Source: Thermodesulfovibrionales bacterium | GTDB lineage: Bacteria > Nitrospirota > Thermodesulfovibrionia > Thermodesulfovibrionales > UBA6898 | Direction: 5' to 3' | Assembly: GCA_033853975.1 (NCBI GenBank) | Contig: JAWOKY010000027.1 | Span: 15,444-79,443, forward strand | DNA: 64,000 bases | In this document: piece after piece, positions 9,624-19,840 of the stretch | How positions within the stretch are numbered: position 1 is the first letter of the stretch | How the letters are laid out: each line of letters begins with the position of its first letter | Translations under genes and position numbers: made by a program | Notes under the pieces: model-generated | What the model saw: the letters and a program-made list of their open reading frames with translations, nothing else | Told to the model about the DNA's origin: nothing | Database searches by the model: none

Positions 9624-10997
9624 GTGAAAAAACCCTGGGGAGGCAGGTTCAAGGAGAAGACCTCTTCCGCCGTCGAGGACTTTACCGAATCAATTTCCTT
9701 TGACAGACGGCTTTGGAGGCACGACATTCAGGGCAGCATCGCCCATGCGAAGATGCTCGGGAAACAGGGCATCATACCTGCCAGGGACGCCGCGGCCATC
9801 GTGAAGGGGCTCACGGAAATAGCGGAAGAGATTGTTTCGGGAAGGTTCAGGTTCAGGCCTGAACTCGAAGACATCCACATGAATATCGAGGCTTCTCTCG
9901 TCAAAAAGATTGGAGAGGCGGGAAAGAGGCTTCATACCGCGCGTTCGAGAAACGACCAGGTGGCACTCGATCTGAGGCTTTACCTTAGGGAAGTGACGAG
10001 GGAGATCCTTTCCCTCATGCTGAAGTTCCAGAGGACGCTTCTCAGCATCGCTGAACGCCATATATCCACGATCATGCCGGGCTATACACATCTGCAGAGG
10101 GCCCAGCCCGTTTCTCTCGCACATCACCTTCTTGCGTACGTGGAGATGCTGCAGAGAGACAGGGGCCGTTTCGGGGATTCACTTAAACGGACCGATGTTC
10201 TGCCGCTGGGTTCCTGCGCCCTCGCAGGCACCACTCTTCCCATAGACAGAACGTTCGTTGCAAGTCAGCTCGGCTTCAGCGAGATTTCGGCAAACAGCAT
10301 CGATGCGGTCTCTGACAGGGACTTCGCCGCCGAGTTTCTGTGCTGTGCTTCACTATCAATGATGCACCTGTCAAGGATGGCCGAAGAACTCGTGCTCTGG
10401 TCAACGGAAGAATTCAAGTTCGCAGAGATCTCGGACACCTTTACAACCGGCTCGAGCATCATGCCGCAGAAGAAGAACCCGGATGTCGCAGAACTCGTCA
10501 GAGGCAAGACAGGCCGGGTCTACGGTGACCTCATGTGTCTCCTTACGCTTATGAAGGGCCTGCCTCTCTCCTATAACAGGGACATGCAGGAGGATAAGCT
10601 TCCCGTCTTCGATGCAGCGGACACACTCAGGTCCTGTCTTACCGTGATGGACGAGATGTTTCCCCGGATCGCCTTTGATGTGGCCAGAATGCGGCGGACG
10701 GCCGGCGAGGGTTTTTCGACCGCCACCGATGTCGCCGAGTATCTTGTGAAAAAAGGAATGCCTTTCAGGGAGGCCCATGAGATCACGGGGAAGATCGTTC
10801 TCCACTGCATCCAGAACAACAAGGACATCGTCTCTCTCGGGCTTCATGAACTCAAGGCATTCTCCCCGATCATCGGAAAAGACATTTTCCCCGCCCTCAA
10901 GCCCACGGAATCAGTGAAGGCGCGCAACTCAAGCGGCGGGACGGCGCCGGCCGAGATCAGAAGACAGATCGGCCGTTACAAAAAGATACTTCGCTAA
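9624..10997 (+). CDS. argH: argininosuccinate lyase
   Basis: GTG start with GGAGG SD. KPWGGRF N-terminus and the fumarate-lyase signature [12 protein letters not shown]. Confidence 0.95.
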   Translation: MKKPWGGRFKEKTSSAVEDFTESISFDRRLWRHDIQGSIAHAKMLGKQGIIPARDAAAIVKGLTEIAEEIVSGRFRFRPELEDIHMNIEASLVKKIGEAGKRLHTARSRNDQVALDLRLYLREVTREILSLMLKFQRTLLSIAERHISTIMPGYTHLQRAQPVSLAHHLLAYVEMLQRDRGRFGDSLKRTDVLPLGSCALAGTTLPIDRTFVASQLGFSEISANSIDAVSDRDFAAEFLCCASLSMMHLSRMAEELVLWSTEEFKFAEISDTFTTGSSIMPQKKNPDVAELVRGKTGRVYGDLMCLLTLMKGLPLSYNRDMQEDKLPVFDAADTLRSCLTVMDEMFPRIAFDVARMRRTAGEGFSTATDVAEYLVKKGMPFREAHEITGKIVLHCIQNNKDIVSLGLHELKAFSPIIGKDIFPALKPTESVKARNSSGGTAPAEIRRQIGRYKKILR

Positions 10998-10998
10998 C

Positions 10999-11991
10999 AT
11001 GCGTACTGCGGGCAGCGGTATCAGAGATGGTCGTTCCGCCAGGGTAATCGGGGGTCATTTTAAGGTCCTTTCCTTCATTATCCTGGTGTATCTTGTTGTT
11101 GTCCTCACCGCATGCGGCAAAAAAGGACCGCCGACCCTGAAATCCTATGAAAGACCCCCTGCCCCGGTACTCATCAGCGCCTATCACAACGAAGGAGGGA
11201 TAACGCTTTCCTGGTCGTTTCCCGGGGACAAAGAGGAAATGACAGAGGACTTTGTCATTCTGAAGGCAGCTGAGGGCGACTTCAGCCGTATCGCCTTTCC
11301 TGCAAGCACTGCCCGCTCTTTTATCGACAGAGATTTCAGGCCTGGCGTTCATTACCGTTATAAGGTCGTGGCCAGAAACCATCGGGGCATGTTGAGCAAT
11401 GCCTCAAACATACTGAGTGTCACGCCGGTACAACTTCCTCGGCCGCCCGAAGAGCTATCGTTTGTCGTAAAGGGGAACACGATCATACTGTCGTGGAAAC
11501 AGGAAAAAGACCTGCGCTATAACATCTACAAAGGAATGGGCAAAGGGCAATTCAGCCCCTCCCCGATCAACGCGTCGCCCCTGTCCGGCAATTCCTATAC
11601 AGATGCATTTGATGTAAACAGAATCGTTTCCTACTCGGTCAGAAGCTTGGCCGTGACCGACATTGTCAATGAAGGCCCTCCCTCTTCAGGGATCGAAATA
11701 GACCCCTTTGCATTCGTTCCGTCCGCCCCTAAAGGGCTGAGGGCATTTGCGGCGCCGGACAGGGTAATCCTTTCCTGGGATGAGGCGCCGGAGCCCTGGG
11801 TCACGGGGTTCAGGGTATACAGAAGAACCGGTGATCGGCCCTACGAACCCGTAGGGCGCACACAGATCCCCACCTTCGTCGATATGGAGCCGCCCCTGGT
11901 AGAAACAGATTACATGGTGACGGCCACAGGACCGGGAAAAGAAGGACCCGGTGCCGAGACAAAGGGCGTGATCTATCAGCCTCAGGAATGA
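10999..11991 (+). CDS. lipoprotein with LptM-like lipobox segment and three FN3-like modules
   Basis: ATG lies 1 nt after the argH stop. Lipobox VLTAC followed by GKKGPP (LptM/YifL-type CG.KGP signature). Three modules each show a ..LSW...... and Y.Y.V.A/ Y.V.. FN3-like pattern. Confidence 0.6.
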   Translation: MRTAGSGIRDGRSARVIGGHFKVLSFIILVYLVVVLTACGKKGPPTLKSYERPPAPVLISAYHNEGGITLSWSFPGDKEEMTEDFVILKAAEGDFSRIAFPASTARSFIDRDFRPGVHYRYKVVARNHRGMLSNASNILSVTPVQLPRPPEELSFVVKGNTIILSWKQEKDLRYNIYKGMGKGQFSPSPINASPLSGNSYTDAFDVNRIVSYSVRSLAVTDIVNEGPPSSGIEIDPFAFVPSAPKGLRAFAAPDRVILSWDEAPEPWVTGFRVYRRTGDRPYEPVGRTQIPTFVDMEPPLVETDYMVTATGPGKEGPGAETKGVIYQPQE

Positions 11992-12072
11992 CCTGCGCCG
12001 GGATTAATTCCCGGGGCATAGGTTATAATTAATGTACCTGGCCATGCAGCAGAACCAGAAGGAGGAAATACC

Positions 12073-14562
12073 ATGAACGAAGATCTCCGGATACTTGTCG
12101 TGGAAGACTCGGAGGACGATCTCCTTCTGCTTCAATACGAGTTCAAGAAGGCAGGGTACGCCCCTTGCATTGAAAGGGTCGAAACCGCGGACGACATGAA
12201 ACAGGCACTCCTTAATGGCCAATGGAAGGTCATCATCTCCGATTACATCATGCCCCGCTTCAGCGGCCTGCAGGCGCTCGAAATCGTCAAGGAGAGCGGG
12301 CTGGATGTCCCCTTCATCATCGTCTCGGGAAAGATCGGGGAAGAAATAGCGGTCGAGGCGATGCGGGCCGGCGCTCAGGATTATATCGTCAAAGGCAATC
12401 TGGGCAGACTCGTTCCGGCCGTGGAAAGAGAATTGCGCGATGCCGAGACCCGCAGGCAGCGGAGAGAAACCGAGGCGATGCTCAGTGCGCTTGCGAAAAC
12501 CGCCGCGGATGCGATCATAATGCTGGACGACGCGGGGAAGATAACCTATTGGAACCCTTCTGCCGAAAGGATATTCGGATACAGCGAAGAGGAGGTGCTC
12601 GGAAGGGAGCTGCACTCGCTTCTCATGCCGCAACAATTCCGCGAGGTCTTTGCGAAGGGTTTGTCGAGGTTCGTGGCGACCGGACGGGGGCCGGCAGTCG
12701 GCAGTACACTTGAATTCCGCGCCCTGAGAAAAAACGGCGCCGAGTTCCCCGTGGAGGTCTCCCTCTCCGCCCTGATGCTCAGGGACCGGTGGCACTCCGT
12801 AGGGATAATCCGCGATATAACCGAGCGCAAGCGCGCCGAGGCAGAGCTGCTCAGGCACCGCGACCATCTCGGTGAACTCGTGGAAGAGCGAACTGCCGCC
12901 CTGAAGCAGACCAACGAGCATCTGCAGCAGGAGATCTCGGAGCGCCTCATCGTGGAAGAGGCCCTCTGGAAGGCGGTTTCGAGGGCGGAGGAAGAGAAGG
13001 CAAAATCAGAGGCGATCATCGCCGCCATGGGAGACGGGGTTGTCATTCAGGACACCAATTTCAGGATCCTCTACCAAAACCGCATACACAAGGAGATGAT
13101 CGGGGACCACATCGGAAGTTTCTGCTACAAGGCTTACTATAACAACGATGACATCTGTGAGGACTGCCCGGTGCAGAGGGCCTTCGGAGATTTCCAGATC
13201 CACAAGGCGGAAAAGGTCGTTGCCAATGCAAAGGGTATCTTCCATATCGCGATCACCGCGTCACCCCTGAAGGACGCCGAAGGGAAAATCATCGCCGGCA
13301 TAGAGATCGTCAGGGACATCACCGAGCGCAAGAACATGGAGGATGAACTGAGGGAACACCGTGACCACCTCGACCTTCTCGTTCGCGAGCGCACTGTCGA
13401 ACTCAGAAAAGTGAACAAGGAACTCAGGGCAGAGATCATGCGGCGCATACAGATGGAAAAGGACCTCATCGAGAGCCGCCGTTTCGTCCAGCGAATAGCC
13501 GATGCCACGCCGAACCTCCTCTATCTGTATGACGTCGTAGAAAACACAAACGTATACATCAACCCTCGCGTGCAGGAAATTCTCGGCTATACGCCTGAGG
13601 TAATAAAGAAGGCAGGAAACTCCTTTTTCCAGTCATTTGCTCATCCCGACGATCTGAATGTCATCTCGTCTCTTAGAGAAGGTTTTACCGAGGCCGACGA
13701 CGGAGACATCGTGGAATCCCATTACAGGATGAGAAACGCCCGGGGCGAATGGCGCTGGTTCCACAGCAGGAACGTCGTTTTCAAGAGGACATCGGACGGC
13801 CTCCTGAAGCTCGTCCTCGGCATCGCACAGGATGTGACAGAACAGAGGGAAGCGGAGGAGGAGCTGAAGAACTCGCGTCAGCAGCTGCGCCAGCTTCTCG
13901 CACATCTTCAGTCGGTACGAGAAGATGAGAGGACCCGCATATCCCGCGAGATCCACGATGAGCTGGGTCAGGCCCTGACAGCGCTCAAGATGGACATATC
14001 CTGGCTGACCAAGAGGCTCGGCAGCGACCGCAAGGAACTCCTCGACAAGGCGCTGATGATGTCGAGGATTATTGACATGAACATCCAGACGGTGAAGCGC
14101 ATCTCGGCGGAACTGAGGCCTGGCCTCCTCGATGAACTCGGGCTGACCGCGGCCCTCGAGTGGCAGGCGGAAGAATTTCAGGAAAGGACAGGGATCAGGT
14201 GTGAAATCGCCGTTTCCCCGGACGATATCACGCTCGACAGGGATATCTCGACCACCATATTCAGGGTGTTTCAGGAGACACTCACGAACATCGTTCGCCA
14301 CGCAAGGGCAAAGAAGGTCAGGGTCAGTCTGAAGGGAAGGAAATCACACATCGTCCTCCAGGTAAAAGACGACGGCAAAGGCATAACCAAGAGTCAGATT
14401 TCCAGTCCCAAGTCGATCGGCCTTATGGGAATCAAGGAAAGAGTCACCTTCCTTGGAGGCGAGGCAAAATTCGCCGGCGAGAAGGACAGAGGGACGACAG
14501 TTACGGTAACGATACCTGTCAGCCCGCGGCAGGACGGCCTGAAACATTTGGTGGCAAAATGA
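12073..14562 (+). CDS. hybrid sensor histidine kinase (REC - 3x PAS - HisKA_3 - HATPase_c)
   Basis: 829 aa. N-terminal receiver (LVVEDSEDD...IISDYIMP), three PAS modules each followed by DITERK, H-box REIHDELGQALTALK, and an ATPase region (QETLTNIVRHA, DDGKGI, GLMGIKER). Confidence 0.9.
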   Translation: MNEDLRILVVEDSEDDLLLLQYEFKKAGYAPCIERVETADDMKQALLNGQWKVIISDYIMPRFSGLQALEIVKESGLDVPFIIVSGKIGEEIAVEAMRAGAQDYIVKGNLGRLVPAVERELRDAETRRQRRETEAMLSALAKTAADAIIMLDDAGKITYWNPSAERIFGYSEEEVLGRELHSLLMPQQFREVFAKGLSRFVATGRGPAVGSTLEFRALRKNGAEFPVEVSLSALMLRDRWHSVGIIRDITERKRAEAELLRHRDHLGELVEERTAALKQTNEHLQQEISERLIVEEALWKAVSRAEEEKAKSEAIIAAMGDGVVIQDTNFRILYQNRIHKEMIGDHIGSFCYKAYYNNDDICEDCPVQRAFGDFQIHKAEKVVANAKGIFHIAITASPLKDAEGKIIAGIEIVRDITERKNMEDELREHRDHLDLLVRERTVELRKVNKELRAEIMRRIQMEKDLIESRRFVQRIADATPNLLYLYDVVENTNVYINPRVQEILGYTPEVIKKAGNSFFQSFAHPDDLNVISSLREGFTEADDGDIVESHYRMRNARGEWRWFHSRNVVFKRTSDGLLKLVLGIAQDVTEQREAEEELKNSRQQLRQLLAHLQSVREDERTRISREIHDELGQALTALKMDISWLTKRLGSDRKELLDKALMMSRIIDMNIQTVKRISAELRPGLLDELGLTAALEWQAEEFQERTGIRCEIAVSPDDITLDRDISTTIFRVFQETLTNIVRHARAKKVRVSLKGRKSHIVLQVKDDGKGITKSQISSPKSIGLMGIKERVTFLGGEAKFAGEKDRGTTVTVTIPVSPRQDGLKHLVAK

Positions 14563-14580
14563 TATACTTCAGGAATATTC

Positions 14581-15237
14581 ATGGTACCACCTGAAATAGA
14601 AAAAACGATAAGAGTACTCGTTGCGGACGATCATACGATCGTACGGGAGGGCCTCAAGCAGATTCTGGCCGAAACCGAAGACATGGTGGTCGTCGACGAG
14701 GCAAGCAATGGTCAGGAGGTGCTCGACAAGTCCGTAAAGGCCGACCCTGATGTAGTCTTGCTGGACATATCGATGCCGGGACGCAGCGGCCTCGACATAC
14801 TCAAACAGCTCAAGACCGACAGGCCCAAGGTCGCGGTGCTTGTGCTCAGCATGTATTCCGAGGAGCAGTACGCACTCAGAGCGCTGAAGGCCGGGGCGTC
14901 GGGATATCTCACAAAAGAAAGCGCCCCGGACAGACTGATCGAGGCGATAAGAAAAGTATCCGGCGGAAGAAAATATATCAGCGCGTCAGTGGCAGAAAAG
15001 CTGGCCTTCAACCTCGAACTCGGCGAGGAAAAACCTCCCCATGAAAACCTTTCCGACCGCGAATATCAGGTGATGTGCATGATCGCATCCGGCAAGACCG
15101 TCAAGGAGATCGCAGCTGAACTGGCACTCAGCGTAAAGACGATCAGTACCTACCGAACGCGCATTCTCGAAAAGATGGGACTCAGAAACAACGCTGCACT
15201 GACCCATTATGCCCTCCAAAACCGGCTTGTGGAGTGA
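14581..15237 (+). CDS. NarL/LuxR-family response regulator
   Basis: REC domain (VLVADDH...VLLDISMPG) plus a LuxR-type HTH (LSDREYQVMCMIASGKTVKEIAAELALSVKTISTYRTRILEKMG). Directly downstream of the HisKA_3 kinase. Confidence 0.9.
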   Translation: MVPPEIEKTIRVLVADDHTIVREGLKQILAETEDMVVVDEASNGQEVLDKSVKADPDVVLLDISMPGRSGLDILKQLKTDRPKVAVLVLSMYSEEQYALRALKAGASGYLTKESAPDRLIEAIRKVSGGRKYISASVAEKLAFNLELGEEKPPHENLSDREYQVMCMIASGKTVKEIAAELALSVKTISTYRTRILEKMGLRNNAALTHYALQNRLVE

Positions 15238-15299
15238 AGGCTGCTTTCTTCCAGGATTGACATAAAAAAAGGAATTGTATTACTCTACCTTCCATAATC

Positions 15300-15884
15300 A
15301 TGAGAGAAAAAATTATCGCAGAATTCAGGGAAAGCATTGCTGTAAAGGAAAAGTTCCTCGAGTCAAATCTAGACACAATCATTGAAGTCTCCAGGTCGAT
15401 AGCGCATGCATTCAGCGAAGGAAACAAACTGCTCCTCTTTGGCAACGGCGGCAGCGCCTCCGACGCCTCGCACATCGCTGCGGAGTTCGTAAACCGCTTC
15501 AAGAGAGAGAGGCCGGGCCTTCCCGCCATGGCGCTTAACACCGACATGGCGATCCTGACGTCGATCGCAAACGACTACGACTACTCCGATGTCTTTGCGA
15601 GGCAGCTGAAGTCCCTCGCCCTCGACGGCGACATGGTTATCGCCATAAGCACCAGCGGACAGTCTCCAAACGTGCTGAAGGCACTGGAAGTCGCAAAGAA
15701 AAAGAAGCTCAAAACAGTGGTCTTTACGGGGACAAGGGGCGAAAAGATTGCATCGAAGGCAACCTATGCCTTTGTCGTGCCTTCGGAAAATACGCCGCGG
15801 ATCCAGGAGACACACATTACGCTGGGGCATGTCCTCTGCCTGATGGTCGAGGAAATATTATTTGAGCAGCCCCGCAAGAAATAA
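15300..15884 (+). CDS. gmhA: D-sedoheptulose-7-phosphate isomerase / SIS-domain protein (GmhA/DiaA type)
   Basis: 194 aa SIS domain. GNGGSASDASHIAAEFVNRF and ISTSGQSPNV motifs. Confidence 0.8.
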   Translation: MREKIIAEFRESIAVKEKFLESNLDTIIEVSRSIAHAFSEGNKLLLFGNGGSASDASHIAAEFVNRFKRERPGLPAMALNTDMAILTSIANDYDYSDVFARQLKSLALDGDMVIAISTSGQSPNVLKALEVAKKKKLKTVVFTGTRGEKIASKATYAFVVPSENTPRIQETHITLGHVLCLMVEEILFEQPRKK

Positions 15885-16383
15885 CCCTTCCCTGAAAATA
15901 CTCGGCATCGACCCCGGAAGCATCGCATGCGGCTACGGCCTTGTCAGAACCGACGGAAAAAACGCGGAGTATCTGACTTCCGGGAGGATCTGTCCAGCCC
16001 CGTCGAAACCCCTTCACCTTCGTCTCAGGTTGATTTACGAATCCCTCACTGACATCATCCGCTCACACGGGCCCGACCACATCGTTGTTGAAAAGATTTT
16101 CTTCGCAAAAGGCGTGAAGGCAGCGCTGAGCCTCGGTCATGCGCGCGGCGTCGTGCTGCTTGCCGCTGCGTCCGAGGAGATAGAACTGCACGAGTGCAGC
16201 GCACTTGAGGTGAAGCAGGCGGTTGTCGGGTATGGGCGGGCAGAGAAGAGCCAAGTTCAGGAGATGGTCAGACTGATACTTAATATAAAGGAGCCCCTCT
16301 CGCCCGACAGCTCCGATGCCCTGGCCCTTGCCCTCTGTCACGTCAATGCGATAAAATTCAAGGAAGCGATAAGAAGAGGATAA
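15862..16383 (+). CDS. ruvC: crossover junction endodeoxyribonuclease RuvC
   Basis: ILGIDPGSIACGYG catalytic N-terminus, EKIFFAKG, SSDALALALCH. The TTG start overlapping the gmhA end is uncertain. Confidence 0.9.
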   Translation: MSSPARNNPSLKILGIDPGSIACGYGLVRTDGKNAEYLTSGRICPAPSKPLHLRLRLIYESLTDIIRSHGPDHIVVEKIFFAKGVKAALSLGHARGVVLLAAASEEIELHECSALEVKQAVVGYGRAEKSQVQEMVRLILNIKEPLSPDSSDALALALCHVNAIKFKEAIRRG

Positions 16384-16462
16384 GAACGAACCATGGATGA
16401 CCAGAAAATAGACGTCGCTTTTCCACTTTCCTCCGCCTTGTACTTCGGGGGTTAAATTCCGG

Positions 16463-17038
16463 ATGATTGGATCATTACAAGGAAGACTCATCGACAAAAG
16501 GCCGGACCATGTGCTCGTTGACGTCGGGGGGGTCGGCTATCTTGTCCATGTTCCGGTAAATACTCTTTCGAACCTTCCCGACGAGGGCAATGAGGTGCTT
16601 CTTCGGATCCATACCCATGTACGCGACGACGCCATACAGCTCTTCGGCTTCCTGACGGAGGAGGAGAAGAAGGTCTTCGTCACACTTCTTGGCATTTCCG
16701 GTGTGGGCCCGAAGATGGCACTGAATGTGCTTTCGGGAATCCCCTACGACGACTTTCTGGCGGCAATCCGTCAGGAAGACGTTGCCATGCTCTGCCGTAT
16801 CCCGGGGCTCGGCAAGAAGACGGCGCACAGGCTTATCCTCGAACTCAGGGAAAAGCTTCCCTCCCCCTCCGGCATGAAGGACCGTTTGTTTGAGGACGCG
16901 CTGTCAGCACTCGTCAATCTCGGATACAGGAGGAATACCGCCCAGGAATATCTCGATCAGACTTACAAACAGGGATATAGGGACATCGAGCAGCTCCTGA
17001 AGGAAACACTGAAACTCCTCAACGCGAAGGCAGGATGA
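16463..17038 (+). CDS. ruvA: Holliday junction DNA helicase subunit RuvA
   Basis: MIGSLQGRL...VDVGGVGY N-terminus. HhH motifs [10 protein letters not shown] and [12 protein letters not shown]. Confidence 0.95.
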   Translation: MIGSLQGRLIDKRPDHVLVDVGGVGYLVHVPVNTLSNLPDEGNEVLLRIHTHVRDDAIQLFGFLTEEEKKVFVTLLGISGVGPKMALNVLSGIPYDDFLAAIRQEDVAMLCRIPGLGKKTAHRLILELREKLPSPSGMKDRLFEDALSALVNLGYRRNTAQEYLDQTYKQGYRDIEQLLKETLKLLNAKAG

Positions 17039-18069
17039 AGGACGGCAGGGAAATGGACGACGCGGGCAGACTGACGAGCCCTGATGCCGGGGGAGACGAC
17101 ACATCCCTGGACATCAACCTCAGGCCGAGCTCTCTGGATGAGTTCATCGGCCAGGACAAGATCCGGCAGAACCTCAGGATATTCATCCAGGCGGCGAAAC
17201 AGAGAAAAGAGCCGCTTGACCACACACTCTTTTGCGGTCCCCCCGGCCTCGGCAAGACGACGCTCGCGCACATCATAGCAAACGAGCTCAAGGTTAACAT
17301 ACGGACCACTTCCGGGCCGGTGCTCGAAAGGCCGGGCGATCTCGCGGCGATTCTTACAAACCTTTCGGACATGGATATCCTCTTCATCGACGAGATCCAC
17401 AGATTGCCCCGGATCGTGGAAGAGGTCCTGTATCCGGCGATGGAAGATTTCCAGCTCGATATAATAATAGGTCAGGGGCCGAACGCCCGGACACTGAAAC
17501 TGAACCTCCCCAAATTTACGCTCATCGGCGCGACGACCCGCACCGGATTGCTCACATCTCCCCTCAGAGACAGATTCGGCATTATCGACAGACTGAACTA
17601 TTACGCCGCAGTCGAACTGAAGAAGATCGTGCTCCGCTCGTCTGACATCATGAAGACCGCTATTGAAGACGACGCCGCACTTGAGGTTGCAGGGCGCTCG
17701 AGGGGTACGCCGAGGATCGCAAACAGGCTTCTCAAACGGATAAGGGATTTTGCCCAGGTGCTCGGAAGCGGCAACATCGATCTCGAAATAGCGAGACAGT
17801 CCCTGCACTCACTCGACGTAGATGAAAGGGGCCTCGACGAAATGGACAGGAGGCTCCTCCTGACGATCATGGACAAGTTCAGTGGCGGTCCGGTGGGGGT
17901 AGAGACGCTGGCGGCCTCATTGAGGGAAGACAAGGACACGATCGAAGACGTCTACGAACCTTATTTAATGCAGGAGGGTTTTCTTGAGAGGACGCCCCGG
18001 GGCCGGCTTGCCACACGCCAGGCTTACGGCCACCTCGGCAGGAACGTCCCCGGCGGTCTTTTTCAGTAG
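17035..18069 (+). CDS. ruvB: Holliday junction DNA helicase RuvB
   Basis: ATGA overlap with ruvA. Walker [12 protein letters not shown], Walker B FIDEIHRL, and [11 protein letters not shown]. Confidence 0.95.
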   Translation: MKDGREMDDAGRLTSPDAGGDDTSLDINLRPSSLDEFIGQDKIRQNLRIFIQAAKQRKEPLDHTLFCGPPGLGKTTLAHIIANELKVNIRTTSGPVLERPGDLAAILTNLSDMDILFIDEIHRLPRIVEEVLYPAMEDFQLDIIIGQGPNARTLKLNLPKFTLIGATTRTGLLTSPLRDRFGIIDRLNYYAAVELKKIVLRSSDIMKTAIEDDAALEVAGRSRGTPRIANRLLKRIRDFAQVLGSGNIDLEIARQSLHSLDVDERGLDEMDRRLLLTIMDKFSGGPVGVETLAASLREDKDTIEDVYEPYLMQEGFLERTPRGRLATRQAYGHLGRNVPGGLFQ

Positions 18070-18081
18070 CGAGGGCCTCGG

Positions 18082-18621
18082 TTGAAGCTTCTCATGCACA
18101 TATGCTGTTCCAACTGCTCCCTCTACCCGCTCCAGGACTTTCTCTCCAGGGGCGTGGACATCAAGGGGTTCTGGTTCAACCCCAACATTCACCCCTATAC
18201 GGAATACACGAGCCGGCTCGCTTCGGTCGAAAAGCTCCAGCGTCTATGGAACCTTGATATCGAATATGCCGACGAGTACCTGCTCGATGATTTCCTGGCA
18301 AAGGTAGCAGGCAAAGGAAAGGAAAGATGTTATTATTGCTACTCGATGAGACTCGAAAAAACTGCCCTTGCCGCGCGCAAGATGCGGCTCGATGGTTTCA
18401 CGACTTCTCTCCTTGCCAGTCCCTATCAGAAATTTGATATGATAATAAGTATCGGAGAAGAGACCGGCAGAAGGCACGGTGTCCCGTTTCATGTCAGGGA
18501 CGTGAGACAGGGATGGGGCGTTTCGAAAGGGCTCGCACTGGAACTCGGTCTCTATCGACAGAAATATTGCGGCTGCATCTACTCCGAGATGGAACGATAT
18601 CTCAAGAAAGCGAAAATATAG
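18082..18621 (+). CDS. queH: epoxyqueuosine reductase QueH (DUF208)
   Basis: LLMHICCSNCS, RCYYCYSMRL and YCGCIYS Cys motifs typical of QueH. TTG start lies 6 nt after GAGGG (ATG alternative at 18094). Confidence 0.85.
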   Translation: MKLLMHICCSNCSLYPLQDFLSRGVDIKGFWFNPNIHPYTEYTSRLASVEKLQRLWNLDIEYADEYLLDDFLAKVAGKGKERCYYCYSMRLEKTALAARKMRLDGFTTSLLASPYQKFDMIISIGEETGRRHGVPFHVRDVRQGWGVSKGLALELGLYRQKYCGCIYSEMERYLKKAKI

Positions 18622-18630
18622 ACTGCCGTC

Positions 18631-18858
18631 ATGTCCGACAGTGCACAGCAGATAGGAAGGCTGATTCTCGTTGCCGGGATCGTCTTTGTCATAGTCGGGG
18701 CGCTTTTCATGTTCTCGGGGAAGATCCCCTGGCTCGGCAGGCTCCCGGGTGACATCACGATACAGAGGAAGAACTTCACTTTCTATTTTCCCCTGGCAAC
18801 GAGCATCCTGATAAGCATTTTTCTTACGTTCCTCTTTTGGATCTTCGGGAGGCGCTGA
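18631..18858 (+). CDS. DUF2905 small membrane protein
   Basis: 75 aa with two TM segments and the conserved LGRLPGDI....NF.FYFP core. Confidence 0.7.
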   Translation: MSDSAQQIGRLILVAGIVFVIVGALFMFSGKIPWLGRLPGDITIQRKNFTFYFPLATSILISIFLTFLFWIFGRR

Positions 18859-18859
18859 G

Positions 18860-19840
18860 ATGCCCAGAAAACTGCTCTTACCGCTTTTTTTCCTGCTGAT
18901 AGCCGGACAGGTCGAGGCCTCCACGATAAAGATGCTCATCCTCGACGACCTGTTCCAGAATATCCCTCCTAAGAACGAGAAGATCGAGAGGATGGGAAAG
19001 ATGAACGGGGATCTGCTCGTCAACGGCAACCATTACAACGGGGACATAGAGGTCTGGCGAGGCAAATCGGGCATGTACCTTATTGACGAACTGCCTCTCG
19101 AGGAATATGTCAAAAACGTTGTCGGTGCAGAGGTATCGCCGGACTGGGACACGGAGGCACTGAAGGCCCAGGCGGTAATCAGCAGGACCTACGCACTCTA
19201 TCAGAAGGCAGCAAACAACGGGGACTCAAGTTATGACCTGACCTCCTCCGTACTCCACCAGGCTTACAAGGCCGACACTCCAGATACAAGAGTTGCTAAT
19301 GCGGTCATGCAGACCGAAGGGGAGGTCCTGACGTACAAAGGGAAGCTTATCGAGGCACTTTATCACTCAACCAGCAGCGGAACCACGGAAGATCCTGCCG
19401 AGGTCTTCGGCAAGAGTTTTCCCTACCTGAAGGCTGTTCCGGTAGACTGCGGTGCGTCGCCATATTGTGCCTGGGAGAGAAGGATCCCCGTTGCCGATCT
19501 CGAACAAGCCCTCGGCATATCCGGATTCAAGGGAATCAAGATCGCTTCTTACACCTCAACGAAGAGGGTGAGGACCCTGGACATCGTTTACGCCGGGGGA
19601 GTGCTCAGCGTCAAGGCTACTGACCTGAGAAAACTCCTGGGATGGAAGAACCTGCCGAGCACGAGCTTTACCTGTACAAGGGACGACGATGCACTCGTAT
19701 TCCAGGGGCAGGGGTACGGTCATGGGGTCGGCCTCTGTCAGTGGTCTGCCCTTCAGATGGCCCGCGAGGGCAAGACCTATCGCGAGATCCTCTCGTATTT
19801 CTACCCGGGGACCACGCTGCAGATTTATGAAGGCCGCTGA
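18860..19840 (+). CDS. SpoIID/LytB domain protein
   Basis: Signal peptide. EEYVKNVVGAE, EALKAQAVISRTYA, HQAYK, YHSTSSG and GHGVGLCQW motifs. Confidence 0.85.
   Translation: MPRKLLLPLFFLLIAGQVEASTIKMLILDDLFQNIPPKNEKIERMGKMNGDLLVNGNHYNGDIEVWRGKSGMYLIDELPLEEYVKNVVGAEVSPDWDTEALKAQAVISRTYALYQKAANNGDSSYDLTSSVLHQAYKADTPDTRVANAVMQTEGEVLTYKGKLIEALYHSTSSGTTEDPAEVFGKSFPYLKAVPVDCGASPYCAWERRIPVADLEQALGISGFKGIKIASYTSTKRVRTLDIVYAGGVLSVKATDLRKLLGWKNLPSTSFTCTRDDDALVFQGQGYGHGVGLCQWSALQMAREGKTYREILSYFYPGTTLQIYEGR

Noticed and set aside
8449-9627. 392-aa plus-strand ORF
   Set aside because: It is entirely antisense to the well-supported MoxR gene and the argH promoter region. It has a low-complexity Arg/Pro/His-rich composition and no SD. 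This is a typical shadow ORF of a GC-rich coding strand.
12004-12921. 305-aa minus-strand ORF (similar cases: 16963-17808, 18244-19029, 3060-3695, 3730-4443)
   Set aside because: All are antisense to genes with unmistakable motifs (histidine kinase, ruvB, queH/spoIID, surE/FAD protein). None shows a recognisable motif.
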